Source of the DNA: Dictyostelium fasciculatum
Lineage: Eukaryota
Assembly: GCF_000203815.1 (NCBI RefSeq)
Contig: NW_004457695.1
Span: 1,360,054-1,424,053, forward strand
Direction of reading: 5' to 3'
DNA: 64,000 bases
Shown here piece after piece: positions 1-11,089 of this stretch (position 1 is its first letter; each line of letters opens with the position of its first letter). The translations under genes and the position numbers were made by a program. A model generated the notes under the pieces. The model worked only from the letters and a program-made list of their open reading frames with translations. It made no database searches and was not told the DNA's origin.

Positions 1-49
1 AATATTAAATAATAATATATTAATTTTCTACTCTTTTTTTTTTTTTTAG

Positions 50-317
50 ATAAACATTGGGTATTTAAAAATAGAGATTTAGGTATTTTAAGTACAGTAG
101 CATCACTTGGTATGATTAATTTATGGGATGTTGATAATGGTCTTAGTAAATTGGATACCTATTTGTACAAGACTGATGAATTTATAAAGAGTGGTGCCAT
201 TTTAGGTATTGGTATGCTCTCTTCTGGTGTACGTAGTGAAATGGATCCAGTATTTGCAATGAATAGTGAACATATTACAAATCCAAATTCAAATATTAGA
301 ATTTGTACTATTCTCAG
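50..317 (+). CDS. psmD2: 26S proteasome regulatory subunit Rpn1/PSMD2, internal exon; the gene begins upstream of the window
   Basis: An acceptor (T)nAG sits at 48-49. The translation KHWVFKNRDLGILSTVASLGMINLWDVDNGLSKLDTYLY matches the PSMD2 PC-repeat region. The donor GTAAAA is at 318. Confidence 0.85.
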
Positions 318-398
318 GTAAAACAAAACAAACAAAAAACAAAACAAAACAAAATAATTCCTTTATTTACTCTTTTTTTATTTTAATTTCTATTATAG

Positions 399-1294
399 TT
401 TGGGAATAGCATATGCAGGAACAAAAAGAGAAGATATATCATCAATGATAACATCAATTGTTGATGATAGTTCAGTTGGAATGGATTTGGTTGGTATTTC
501 AGCATTGGCACTTGGTATGATTTTCATTGGCTCTTGCAATGATGACTTGTCAACTCTGTTTGTACAAACATTGATGACTCGTGACAAGACTTCATTATCT
601 AGCACTTTTTGTCGTTTCCTTTCTCTTGGTTTGGGTCTTTTGTATTTGGGCAAGCAAGACGAAGCCGAGTTGACACTTGAAACCCTCAAAGCCATTGAAG
701 GTGCTCCAGGAGAATACGCTCGTCTTACTGTAGAGTCGTGTGCCTTTGCCGGTACTGGTAACGTACTAAAGGTACAAAACATGTTACACTTTTGCTCAGA
801 CGGAAAGGAGAATCCAAACCATAGTCTTGCCGTTCTCTCTATTGCCTTGATTGCCATGGGTGAAGAGTTGGGTGGTGAGATGTGTTTGCGTACCTTTGAC
901 CATCTCCTCCAAAAGGGTAATGTCCACATTAAGCGTGCCATTCCAATGGCTTTGGGTCTCTTGTCTGCCTCTAACCCACGTATTGCCGTCATGGACATTC
1001 TCTCCAAGTTGTCTCACGACCAAGACGTTGAAGTCTCTCAAGGTGCCATCCTTGCTCTCGGTCTCATTGGTGCCGGTACCAATAACGCCCGTGTAGGTGC
1101 TCTTCTCAAGGCTCTCGCTGTATTCTATGCCAAGGAAACTCATCTCTTCTTTGTTCGTATGGCTCAAGGTCTCCTTCATCTTGGAAAGGGTACCCTTACT
1201 ATCAACCCTTATCATTCTGATCGTTCTTTATTATCACCTGTTGCCCTTTCTGGGTTATTAGTACTTTTACATGCTGGATTAGATATTAAAAATT
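399..1294 (+). CDS. psmD2: Rpn1/PSMD2 exon
   Basis: LGIAYAGTKREDI...GKGTLTINPYHSDRSLLSPVALSGLL aligns with human PSMD2. The donor GTAAAG lies at 1295. The ORF tail [11 protein letters not shown] after it is intron read-through. Confidence 0.85.
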
Positions 1295-1374
1295 GTAAAG
1301 AAAAAACAAAAAAAAGAAACAAAAAGAAAAAAGAAAAATTATATTAACTCTATTTTTTTATTTTCTATTTTTAG

Positions 1375-1712
1375 TGTTATTTACCAAAGCTCATTATTTA
1401 TTCTATTCAATTGTTTGTTCAATTTATCCACGTATGTTGATGACTTTGGATGAAAATTTGAACCCACTTCCAGTATCGGTACGTGTTGGTCAAAGTGTAG
1501 ATACCGTAGGCCAAGCTGGTAAACCAAAGACCATCACTGGTTTCCAAACACATACTACCCCCGTTTTATTAGGATACAATGATCGTGCCGAATTGGCTAC
1601 CGACGATTACATTCCATTATCTTCAGTTTTGGAAGGTATTGTTATTTTAAAACCAAATCCAAATGCTTCAATATTATCACCAACTGTTACTAAAGCTTTG
1701 GGTAAAAAGTAA
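1375..1712 (+). CDS. psmD2: Rpn1/PSMD2 terminal exon
   Basis: [48 protein letters not shown] is the conserved PSMD2 C-terminus. The stop is TAA at 1710-1712. Confidence 0.85.
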
Positions 1713-2087
1713 AAAAAGTAAACAAAAAAAAAAAAAAAGAAAGAGATAGCAAAAAAACAACCAAAAGTAATAATAATATCCAAAACAAATAAATAATATA
1801 TTTTAAACAAACAATGATGATCAGATCCTCTCCTTCGATACCATGGTAGATCTAAAAAGATCTGCACAAAATTGCTCCGACAAAATTTAATGTTTTTGTC
1901 GTTTTTTGGGCATTGGCTTTTTAAAAAAAAAAAAATTGTGTGATGATGGGGAAAGAAGGGGTGTGTGATTTTTTTTGCACCAAACGACAGAACCCATCCA
2001 TCACACACTCAACATTTTCTTTCATCATTCGCTCTCACACAGTTTTAAAAGATATATAACTATTTATCTATCTAATTCTTTAAAGAG

Positions 2088-2399
2088 ATGAAACAAGATG
2101 TTATTATTATAGGATGTGGATGTATAGGATTATCAACAGGAATTATATTATTAAAGAGTGGCAAGGTGAATAATGTTTCGATTTGGTCTCGTGATCTACC
2201 ACCCAATACCACATCAAACAAAGCAGCTGCAGTTTGGTATCCATTCCTTTCAAATCCACCCGATAAAGTAGGAAGATGGTCTCAAGAGACTATGGATTAC
2301 TTTAAACTACATATCATCAATGATAAAAAGAGTGGTACCCTTGTTAAAAAAGTAAATGAAGTATTTAAACGTCCAAAGAAAGAAGATCCAGAATGGAAA
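2088..2399 (+). CDS. FAD-dependent D-amino-acid / D-aspartate oxidase, exon 1
   Basis: MKQDVIIIGCGCIGLSTGIILL is a GxGxxG FAD-binding fold. The donor GTATGC is at 2400. Confidence 0.8.
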
Positions 2400-2479
2400 G
2401 TATGCAAAGTGAAAAAAGAAAAAAAAGAAATAGATAAAAAGTCTAATTTATTTTGTATTTTTTAATTGTTTTTTTTAAG

Positions 2480-2804
2480 CCATATATACCATCATTTAGA
2501 AGAATTAGACAAGATGAATTACCAAAAGGATATGTAGATGGATATGCAATTGATGATGGTTTTGTTATGGATACTGATATGTATATGGATTATTTGGTTG
2601 ATACTTTTAAATCACTTGGTGGTGTCATTGATCAACGTACAGTTGTAGATATTCGTGAACCAATGGTTCAAGCCAACATTGTCATTAATTGTACTGGTTT
2701 GGGATCACGTGAATTAATTGGTGATAGAACTATTTATCCTGCTCGTGGTCAAATCATTGTTATTGATAAAACTACTGAAAGATCTATTTTTGATGAAGAA
2801 GATT
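2480..2804 (+). CDS. D-amino-acid oxidase, exon 2
   Basis: The acceptor follows TTTTTTAAG. YVDGYAIDDGF...PARGQIIVIDKTTER aligns with DAO. The donor GTAAAT is at 2805. Confidence 0.75.
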
Positions 2805-2870
2805 GTAAATATTAAAACAAAAGGAAAAAAAAAAACAATCCATTAATTTAATTTCCTTTCCTTTTTCTAG

Positions 2871-3013
2871 ATATTGCATATGTTATACCAAGAATTACAA
2901 ATACAGTATTGGGTGGAACTAATCAAGAACATGATTATAATACTGAAATTAATGAAAAAGATACTGAAGAAATTCTTGACAAGGTTGCAAATATCTCTGA
3001 AGAATTTCATAGA
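2871..3013 (+). CDS. D-amino-acid oxidase, exon 3
   Basis: IAYVIPRITNTVLGGTNQEHDYN matches the DAO motif YIIPG..VTLGG. The donor GTATGT is at 3014. Confidence 0.75.
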
Positions 3014-3085
3014 GTATGTATATATATAAATCAAATATCATACATGGATTCACAATTTCTAATAATATTTATATTCTCTCTTTAG

Positions 3086-3319
3086 AAAAATATTAAAATA
3101 CTTGGAGTAAAAGTTGGATTGAGACCAGCAAGAGATGAAATTAGATTAGAGAGTGAATTCCATCAAGATGGAAGAAAATTACTTGTTCACAACTATGGTC
3201 ATGGTGGAAGCGGTTTCACTGTTAGTTGGGGTTGTGCAGTTGAGGTTTTGAAACAACTTGAACATAATATACCAAAATTAAAACTTGATTCATTACCAAT
3301 CATTCAAAGTAAACTTTAA
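3086..3319 (+). CDS. D-amino-acid oxidase, terminal exon
   Basis: VGLRPARDEIRLE...HNYGHGGSGFTVSWGCAVEV is the conserved DAO C-terminal HGGxG motif. The stop is at 3317-3319. Confidence 0.8.
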   Translation, partial: KNIKILGVKVGLRPARDEIRLESEFHQDGRKLLVHNYGHGGSGFTVSWGCAVEVLKQLEHNIPKLKLDSLPIIQSKL

Positions 3320-3526
3320 AAAAAAAAATAATAAATATAAATATACATTGTAATACCTATCATCTATCTATATGTTTATAGAATCGAATGAATTAAACTC
3401 TAGAGTTTAGAAAGAAATATTAAGAGGTATGATTACTTAAATTAATAATCAATAACGCAGAGAGTTTATCATGAAAATGATGGTTTAATTTATTTATATT
3501 ATTTGACCACAATCACTAAAAAGTAT

Positions 3527-3815
3527 TTAGTAACTACTAATTTGTGGAGTGTAGAGTGGCATGTTTTCATATCTAGAGTATTGACCAGTGAAAGTGTTGA
3601 ATTGTACGAGGGTGTTGGTTGCCGATGTGGGATTGTCAGTTGGCTTGCAACCAGAGCAGAGAACATTGAACTTGCCACCTGGATAAGATTCCTTGGTGAA
3701 TCCAAAGGCACAGGATTGTGGAATATTGTTCATGTTGTAATAATAACCAGTCTTTAATACACCATCATCACTCTTGAAAATATTGGTGGCACAGATAGCA
3801 GCACCAGCATAGAAA
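3527..3815 (-). CDS. Secreted protein of a dictyostelid-specific family (paralog A), terminal exon
   Basis: FYAGAAICATNIF...TGYYYNMNNIPQSCAFGFTKESYPGG...YSRYENMPLYTP is paralogous to the plus-strand gene at 5711-6829. Confidence 0.6.
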
Positions 3816-3901
3816 CTATTAAAAAAAAACACAACAAGTTTAATATATATATTCTAAAAATAATCATAATCATAATAATTATGATAATAATGATTACATA
3901 C

Positions 3902-4062
3902 TCTGAAGCGATTTGTGATTCAGTGGCGATGGCAGCACCAAAGAGATTGGTACAGATGGCGGCTGCTGGAGTATTATCATTGGCTTTGACACTGAAAGTT
4001 TCAGTCAAGATACTAGTTGGGCCAACAGAAACCGAGTTAGCATTCCAATAACATCTGTTTCT
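3902..4062 (-). CDS. Paralog A exon
   Basis: RNRCYWNANSVSVGPTSILTETFSVKANDNTPAAAICTNLFGAAIATESQIAS resembles RNAGYW... in paralog B. The 5' junction phase does not close with canonical GT-AG, so this may be a pseudogene or a splicing error on my part. Confidence 0.45.
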
Positions 4063-4143
4063 CTATAAAATAATAAAAAAAATTGGTATTGTTAAAATCG
4101 ACAAACAAATAATATTATGTAGTTTAAATGTTTTTAAACATAC

Positions 4144-4302
4144 TTGGGATACCAAGGAATCCTTGAGCTGGCTTGAAACCAAAACAAATGAAACCAACTG
4201 CTTGGGTACCACCAACTGCTTGGAGTGCACCTTCAAATGGTCTAACAATAACATATTTACCAGCAGCTCCAGTACGGTCATCATGCAAATAACCAAAATA
4301 TT
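4144..4302 (-). CDS. Paralog A exon
   Basis: KYFGYLHDDRTGAAGKYVIVRPFEGALQAVGGTQAVGFICFGFKPAQGFLGIP resembles KLVRPIAQAVEIYSSSVANAGFICFGTKPILGYQG in B. Confidence 0.55.
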
Positions 4303-4376
4303 CTATAAGATAAATATAATTAGATTATTTAGAGGCAATAGCTATATTTTATATTTTATATTTTTATTATACATAC

Positions 4377-4550
4377 TCCATTCATAGCTAGATGGATACG
4401 GAATACTCATTTGAGAATCAAGTTCATTGTAGCTCACCTTTCTGCCACCAACTTGGGAGCATACCTCTTGGGCAAAGGCACCATTGTCATTGGCGATTGG
4501 CACATTTGACAAAAAGGTTGCATTGGGCATGTACAAGAAATATTCAGCAC
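4377..4550 (-). CDS. Paralog A exon; the upstream first exon is unresolved
   Basis: GAEYFLYMPNATFLSNVPIANDNGAFAQEVCSQVGGRKVSYNELDSQMSIPYPSSYEW. It follows an acceptor AAAATAG, and no signal-peptide exon was located upstream. Confidence 0.5.
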
Positions 4551-5326
4551 CTATTTTAAAAAAAAAAAAAAAGAAAGAAATAAAAAAGAGGAAAAACTAT
4601 TGGGAGAAAAAAGATAGGAATTGCTTAAGTAGACTAATGCAAAGATGTTGATCAAAAAGTATGAATTTTATTCAGTCTAAATAAAATAAAGAGAAAAGTA
4701 TAGCTTTCATATCACCTTGGGGTTCTGAAAAGTGTTTATTATGACAGCAGAGCATGACCATGTCCCGCGTGATCCAAATTGATGTCTGAACAAAGATATT
4801 TAAAAAAAACTGGTCAATCAGATTTTAATTGAAATGCTCAAAACGAAAGTTTTTATCGTCTTTTGATTTTAATCTATTGGCCAACCTCATTTTCCCTACC
4901 ACGTCAGTAGTCCCAATAGTTCACCTTGGTTTGTGGGCATAGTGAGGTTTACGATAGGCCTAAAAGGTGATACATGTACCTTTGATAAAAAATAAGAAAA
5001 CAAATGAAATGATTGGATCCCTTTGGCAGCTGAGAATCAGAGTCTACGTCAGCACTTTGATCCCCAATAGAATCCTTTCCTTTGCACTGTTTCCAGTGAC
5101 TATGTTCAGTGACCAGTGACTTTGGGAAAAAAAGGAAAGCTTGTACAAAAGAAATGATTAGAAAATTAATTTAATAACAATTCTAAACCCATCAGATAAC
5201 TATTTAAAGTGCTAATTTTTGTTTATTGATTCCAGTATAATAATTTCAATTCAACAAATACATTCTCTTCTTTCCTACCAACCACATCAACAACTAAACA
5301 ACAACTTTTCTGTTATTTTCACAACA

Positions 5327-5393
5327 ATGAGATTTTTACTTGCTCTTATTGTATTTGTCTGTTTGGCTTTCCAATCAGCTTATGCTCAAATTG
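5327..5393 (+). CDS. Upstream copy of the signal-peptide exon (MRFLLALIVFVCLAFQSAYAQI); possible alternative first exon or orphan remnant
   Basis: Its donor GTAATT at 5394 leaves phase 1, as the downstream copy does, so it could splice to the exon at 5877. Confidence 0.35.
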
Positions 5394-5710
5394 GTAATTA
5401 TAAAAGATATAATGTTTAATATTAGAGATACAGATATTCATAAACTAATATAATTTATTATTATTTCTCTTTTGGGAAGTCAAGCTGTTCATCGTGAGGT
5501 TGGAAAGGAAAAGGTTGTACAAGAAAGAGTCAAAAATGATTAGAAATTAAATTTAATAACAATTCGAAATCCATCAGATAACTATTTAAAGTGCTAATTT
5601 TTGTTTGTTTGATTCCAGTATAATAATTTCAATTCAACAAATACATTCTCTTCTTTCCTTTCCAACCACATCAACAACTAAACAACAACTTTTCTGTTAT
5701 TTTCACAACA

Positions 5711-5774
5711 ATGAGATTTTTACTAGCTCTTATTGTATTTGTCTGTTTGGCTTTCCAATCAGCTTATGCTCAAG
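5711..5774 (+). CDS. Secreted protein paralog B, exon 1 (signal peptide)
   Basis: MRFLLALIVFVCLAFQSAYAQ. The donor GTAAAT is at 5775. Confidence 0.75.
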
Positions 5775-5876
5775 GTAAATAAATTCCTTTCTTATCTTTC
5801 CGATTCTAATAATAATATTTGTTTTTTAAAAAATATTCTAACTCTTTTGTTTATTTTATTATTTTTTGTTCTATAG

Positions 5877-6198
5877 AATTCTTTTACTATCAACCAAATG
5901 GTAATTTTTCATCTGCTACACCACAAACCGACCTTGCCAATATTCATGCCAAGGTTTGTAAGCTCGTAGGATCCCAACCAGCAACCCTCTCTGTCTTTAC
6001 CTCTGCTGTTAGTGCTGGAAACGACAACTCCAAGTATGAATGGGCCCTCTATGGTTGGATCAATGATCCAAGTACCACCTCTTACAAGTTGGTCAGACCA
6101 ATTGCCCAAGCCGTTGAAATTTATTCTTCTAGTGTTGCCAATGCTGGTTTCATCTGTTTTGGTACCAAACCAATATTGGGATACCAAGGTGTATTAAA
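5877..6198 (+). CDS. Paralog B exon 2
   Basis: The acceptor follows CTATAG. EFFYYQPNGNFSSATPQTDL...GFICFGTKPILGYQGVLK. The donor GTATGT is at 6199. Confidence 0.7.
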
Positions 6199-6290
6199 GT
6201 ATGTTATTTTACATACAACAATTCAATTGCAATCATGATTTTTAAAAAAAATACTAATAAATTTTATTTTCTAATCTCTTTTTCTTAAAG

Positions 6291-6601
6291 GCGTAATGCT
6301 GGATACTGGACTCCAAATGGTGCCATCCTCAAGGAAGTATACACCGTTGCTCCTCCAGCTGGTTACACTGATATCAATGTTTTGGCAACTGATTGTTTCA
6401 ATGGTGGTACTGGTGCCATTGTTGCCATGGTCAACCCTATCAGGGAAAACTTTTACCAAAACTCTTCCATCTGTGTCAATTCCTTGTATTTTGATAACCT
6501 TGGTCAAGAAGCCAGAGTTGGATATTACTTTGGTGTTAGAAACATTGCTGGATGTGCCTTTGGTTTCCACGACAATCCATACACTTCTGGTGTTATTGCT
6601 G
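6291..6601 (+). CDS. Paralog B exon 3
   Basis: RNAGYWTPNG...RVGYYFGVRNIAGCAFGFHDNPYTSGVIA. The donor GTATGT is at 6602. Confidence 0.7.
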
Positions 6602-6680
6602 GTATGTATTGAATGTATATTTACAAAGAAAATATTTTACTAAAAAAAGTATACTTTTTTTCTTTCTTTTTTTCTTTTAG

Positions 6681-6829
6681 CCGGTCTCTGTTATGGTCCA
6701 AAGCCAGTTCGTCCCTCTTACACCTATAACTCTAGAACCATCAATATCGGTAGTTTCAATAGTATGATTTCAAAATACTCTAGATTCGAGAATATTCCAA
6801 ACGCCTATCTTGTCAAAAGTTTACCTTAA
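6681..6829 (+). CDS. Paralog B terminal exon
   Basis: GLCYGPKPVRPSYTYNSRTINIGSFNSMISKYSRFENIPNAYLVKSLP, then a stop. Confidence 0.7.
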
Positions 6830-7142
6830 ACTTTAAAACATATAAATAAATAAAAAAATAAATAAACATTTCTCATTCGAGTGAGTGGTATTATCTAATA
6901 TATATATATATAATTTATTTGTTTTTAAATATTAAATGATTTATTTACAAAGTTATTTACAATTAATTGTTATTAAATAAAGAATTGATTATTTCTATTA
7001 GTTTTTTTTTAATTTGTTATCTTTTTTTTTTTTTTAGTTACTACCAGAACCAATCTTTTCTTCTTGTGATTTTCTCCTATTTAAATTTAATTTTTTTATT
7101 ATTAATAATAGTTAATAATAGTAAATATATATCTAGTTTTCT

Positions 7143-7463
7143 CTATACATACAAAATTTCATCATCATATTTATTTCTTTCCCAAGCAGGATGTTTAGCA
7201 TCTGGGATGATTGGATTTTTTAAGACAATCGGAGTGGATGCTGAAAAGGTAGCCAACATACCCTTGCTACCTCCCAAACCAGCTTGAGTAACGTCCTCTA
7301 CGCTACCACTCTTTTCCATTCTTCTATTGCCTCCTTCAGTCAGACCTCTCTTTTTTTGTTCATAGCCACTTTGCTTGAGAGCATCACTCCCCAATACATC
7401 TCCCCACCATACCTTCCAATCTCCTGTCCATTGGTTCCATCCATAGTTTGTATTTTTTGACAT
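7143..7463 (-). CDS. Hypothetical small Trp-rich protein (106 aa), single exon
   Basis: The ORF is uninterrupted, with a non-repetitive composition and ordinary codon usage. No family was recognised. Confidence 0.4.
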   Translation of the reverse strand: MSKNTNYGWNQWTGDWKVWWGDVLGSDALKQSGYEQKKRGLTEGGNRRMEKSGSVEDVTQAGLGGSKGMLATFSASTPIVLKNPIIPDAKHPAWERNKYDDEILYV

Positions 7464-7996
7464 TGTTAAATTGAGTATATATTTAAATATTATATAAAAA
7501 AGAGTATAGATATAAATAAATAAAGATTATCACTTGTTGGGGTTGATTAAAATGAATTAAATGAATGGTGTTTATTATGTTTTTATGTTGTTGTATATTG
7601 ATTTAAAACAACAATGAATGGTTTAGTGGTAAGCTTTTAACAAAAAAATTACAAAATTAAATTAAATTTGGTGGTGTGAGGATAGTGGAGAAGAACTGAG
7701 CTAAAAAATTGACCTTTCTTTCCTTTTTTGGGTTTAATTTACTTTTTTTTATCTTCCTGAACATGTTAAAAGATTTAGAGAGGAGAGAGTACTTCGAAAA
7801 TTATAATTGTCCTTTCATTGGGAGCTTCTAGAGGTGAACTACTACTAGTTTCTAGTCACATGTTCCATTTTTGGAGAATAAAAAAATATTAAAAAAAAAA
7901 CATAGTTTTAATTTCTAGAATGGTTTAGCTGAGAGGAGGGGGGTACTATTAACTTGTCAGACTACCAATAATAGAATAGTAATCGTCGAATCTCTC

Positions 7997-8620
7997 TTGA
8001 TGCAATTATTATTAACTATACAATTAAAGGAAGATGAAGATAATCAACCTATCATACCACCACTGTCATATACAATCGATATTGACAATATTCTATTCTC
8101 AGAGACACCCGTCAGTCGATTAAAAGAACTACTAGCCAATGAAATACCACCACTGCATCGTACAAGTGACAGATGTCGACTTGTTAGTGACATACAAGAC
8201 TATATACTCAATGCGATCGTAACCAATGAACAACAAGATATAGAGTTTAAAGATAATGAATATATTGGTACGCCAACGTTGGCGTCTTTGACTCATACAA
8301 CTATTGTACTTTTAAATGGTAGAGGATCAATTGATATGTCACATGAAGAGGAACCGATTCCATATGTGGTTGTATTGGTAAAGAATATATTTGGTAATGT
8401 TTGGCCATTGGTCATCCGATCCGATGACACTGTTGGTGATATTAAACGACGGATAGCAACCAAGATTGGAGTAAAGAAAACAAATCAACGTCTTATTTGT
8501 CAAGGTAGAAGTTTGGAAGATGGAAAACCTCTTCAATACTATCTAACAACAAATTTATCAAATCTTAATCAAGATCTTATCATCATTTATCTTGTACTAA
8601 GATTAAGAGGTCCATTTTAA
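7997..8620 (+). CDS. Ubiquitin-like domain protein (C-terminal UBL ending LRLRG)
   Basis: VVVLVKNIFGNVWPLVIRSDDTVGDIKRRIATKIGVKKTNQRLICQGRSLEDGKPLQYY...LVLRLRG has a ubiquitin-like fold and tail. Confidence 0.6.
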   Translation: MMQLLLTIQLKEDEDNQPIIPPLSYTIDIDNILFSETPVSRLKELLANEIPPLHRTSDRCRLVSDIQDYILNAIVTNEQQDIEFKDNEYIGTPTLASLTHTTIVLLNGRGSIDMSHEEEPIPYVVVLVKNIFGNVWPLVIRSDDTVGDIKRRIATKIGVKKTNQRLICQGRSLEDGKPLQYYLTTNLSNLNQDLIIIYLVLRLRGPF

Positions 8621-8751
8621 CAAACAAACAATGAAATTCAAACAATGTATATTTATTTTACAAATAAGAAAGTTGGATTTATTTATTTAATTAGCTTTTT
8701 AGATTTAGATAATATTTGATATGATTTTTTGTTGATTTGTTTATTTTAATT

Positions 8752-9330
8752 TTAAAAGAAAATAGATAAAATAACAATTGAAAAGAATGAGAGTATAGTA
8801 TTTGATAATAGAATATTGGAAGAACCTGGAATCTTTTCAGATGGGAATGGTTGTTCACAGACACCAAAATTAAGGTAGGTGATGTTCTTTGCAAAACAAG
8901 CGGCTCTGGTTTGTTTGGAGCATTTACCTTGCATGTCACAAAACTGCTTTCTACAATTGACCATTGAACAACTGTTCTTTCCTTCATAGTCGGGTGTGTA
9001 GACACAGAACGCTTGGTCGACACAATCATAGAAAGCTTCCGATGCTAATTGACACGATGATAACTGCTCGGTTTGAACTGGAGTAACCAACTGACACACA
9101 GCAGAATTGGTGATATTTCCTTGACTGTCTGTATTGCAGAAACATTCTTCAAATAGATTGGAACAGTGGGAAGACTGACAATTGAGCGTACTTGGAGACT
9201 CTGTCGTATCGAATTTTACGCACTTGAATTCATTTGTACAACGAAGACCTTGAGAAATATTACATGCACTAATATATTGTCTATACATATAAGAATGAAC
9301 TAGACAATCTCCCCCTTCTCCTACTGAAAA
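8752..9330 (-). CDS. Cysteine-rich secreted / GPI-anchored protein, terminal exon
   Basis: It has many spaced Cys and a C-terminal hydrophobic tail (ILLSNTILSFFSIVILSIFF) of the GPI-signal type. Confidence 0.6.
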   Translation of the reverse strand, partial: FSVGEGGDCLVHSYMYRQYISACNISQGLRCTNEFKCVKFDTTESPSTLNCQSSHCSNLFEECFCNTDSQGNITNSAVCQLVTPVQTEQLSSCQLASEAFYDCVDQAFCVYTPDYEGKNSCSMVNCRKQFCDMQGKCSKQTRAACFAKNITYLNFGVCEQPFPSEKIPGSSNILLSNTILSFFSIVILSIFF

Positions 9331-9401
9331 CTTAGAAAATGAATTATATTAAAATATTAATATCTATGTATATATAAAATTTCTTTGTTTTTGATAATTA
9401 C

Positions 9402-9870
9402 CATGTCTGAACAATATTTTTGACCAGTGACAGGACCATTACAAATTGAAAATTGTTTGCATTCATTTCCTTCATTACACTTTTCACCATTTTGTTTTCT
9501 TGTTAGACATTTATGGGTAGTAGAGTCACAGTATTTGCCAAACTCGCAATGGTAGAGACCAATCTCGCATTGGTATCCTTCCAATGTAGCGTTTTCACTC
9601 AATTGGACGACACATTTAGAGATTGTTGGATCACACTGTAAACCTCTATGGCAATCCCACTCATGGGTGCACTTTTCACCCAAGTTTGCAAATAAACCAG
9701 GTTGACAGATTTGATTGGGGCGACCATTACAATAGAGACCAGGTCCACATTGGTCACTGCTATTACATCTTGCTCCTTCTAGCAATGGTTGAATACATGT
9801 AGGTTTGCCTTGAATTAATTCAACACAGTTTAAATTACTAGTACATATCTTTGGATAATCTGATGGATCA
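9402..9870 (-). CDS. Cysteine-rich protein exon 2
   Basis: DPSDYPKICTSNLNCVELIQGKPTCIQPLLEGARCNSSDQCGPGLYCNG... The donor GTAATT lies 5' of 9401 on the minus strand, and the phase is consistent. Confidence 0.6.
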
Positions 9871-9978
9871 CTAAAAAAATATTTTTTAGTAATAATAATA
9901 ATAATGAAATAATAATATTTGTTTTAATAAATAAAGAAATGAATAAATAAAAATATATATTTGGTCTCTTTTACATAC

Positions 9979-10094
9979 TTGACTTCATGCATATCAGCAG
10001 TACATTCATCACCTATACCTCTACATACTGGAAGTTTACATCCATTTACATTGACCGTAAAAATGATTAAAATCAAGAATATTATAGGTTTCAT
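9979..10094 (-). CDS. Cysteine-rich protein exon 1 (signal peptide MKPIIFLILIIFTVNVNG)
   Basis: The ATG is at 10094-10092. The donor is GTATGT. Confidence 0.6.
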
Positions 10095-10606
10095 ATCTAT
10101 CTATACTATACTAGTAGTTCTTTCTATTGAGATGAATATAAATAAAAATAAAAATAATAGTTGTAGATGATTGATGAGAGATTTAATTCAATCAATACAA
10201 AAATCAAAATCCCCACCACCAATACCACCACCACCACCACAACCTTGTTTAATTTAAAATACCATCACACACCAGTACTGTACATATGTACTACCACCTT
10301 CATCCCCATTAATTATATAAAAATATTAAGCATTGATTGTAACGGAAAACTGGGGGTGTAGATAAAACAATGAGGAGGTTCAATGGGTGGTGGTGGGAAT
10401 CAATCTAATCTTGATTCATTTTGGATATTTATATAAATAAATATAAATGGAGAGGAAGATTACCTTGGACTTTCTCCAAAACCTTGATATTGTCTATAGA
10501 AATATTAAAAACAATTTTATTTATTTTTTTGAACCTTTCACACAAATTTGCACGAGAGTTATGTGTTCAATTTTAATTACCCTTTCTTTTACTTATCTTA
10601 CCTAAA

Positions 10607-11000
10607 ATGTTGGCAGAGAATACACAAAAGAAAGAAGAGGTAGAGGATTTAGAGTTTGGAGAGATAGAAGATGATGAAAGTGATCATCAACTTGTTGCAA
10701 AAGGAACAAACGTATCTGCAGCAGTATCACCTGTAGAGTCGACGACGACGACAAAGACGACTACTCCTTCTACCAACTCTACTACTACTACTACTACTAT
10801 TACTACTACCAACGAGATAAATGAAGAGTTATCAGATATTCTAACATCTTTAGCTGATACCTTTATCACTGAGAACAACTTTTCATCCTTTGAAGATTTG
10901 TTTATGTTTATTGAAGAGGCCTATTGGTACTATATTGATATTCATCTCATTCAGAATCCTCGTCTACCTAAACCTGATTTCCCAAAGTTTGCAGAACAAA
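10607..11000 (+). CDS. dcp2: mRNA-decapping enzyme Dcp2, exon 1 (Box A)
   Basis: FEDLFMFIEEAYWYYIDIHLIQNPRLPKPDFPKFAEQ resembles the Dcp2 N-terminal domain. The donor GTAATA is at 11001. Confidence 0.8.
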
Positions 11001-11089
11001 GTAATATCAAAATATTATCCTCTCTACTCTCCCTTTTCTATCTCTATCTCTTTGCACTAATACATTTTTCTCTTTTTCTCTCTCTATAG

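Larger units (their letters stand above)
5101..5775 (+). repeat. Tandem duplication (two units of about 320 bp) of the promoter, 5' leader and signal-peptide first exon
   Basis: 5101-5420 and 5480-5775 are near-identical, including ATGAGATTTTTACT(T/A)GCTCTTATTGTATTTGTCTGTTTGGCTTTCCAATCAGCTTATGCTCAA. Confidence 0.85.

Noticed and set aside
400-1347. Single 315-aa ORF whose tail reads [19 protein letters not shown]
   Set aside because: The tail is intron read-through. A GTAAAG donor at 1295 and a T-rich AG at 1374 join to the conserved PSMD2 terminal exon instead.
4560-5100. Possible missing first exon of paralog A (ATGAAAGCTATACTTTTCTCTTTATTTTATTTAG at about 4690 on the minus strand)
   Set aside because: It encodes only MKAILFSLFYLD and then a stop. 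There is no GT donor in frame, so it cannot be connected to the downstream exon.
6967-7287. 106-aa plus-strand ORF (MLLNKELIISISFFLICYLFFFF...)
   Set aside because: It translates a poly-T/AT-rich spacer. It overlaps in antisense the more protein-like minus-strand ORF at 7143-7463.
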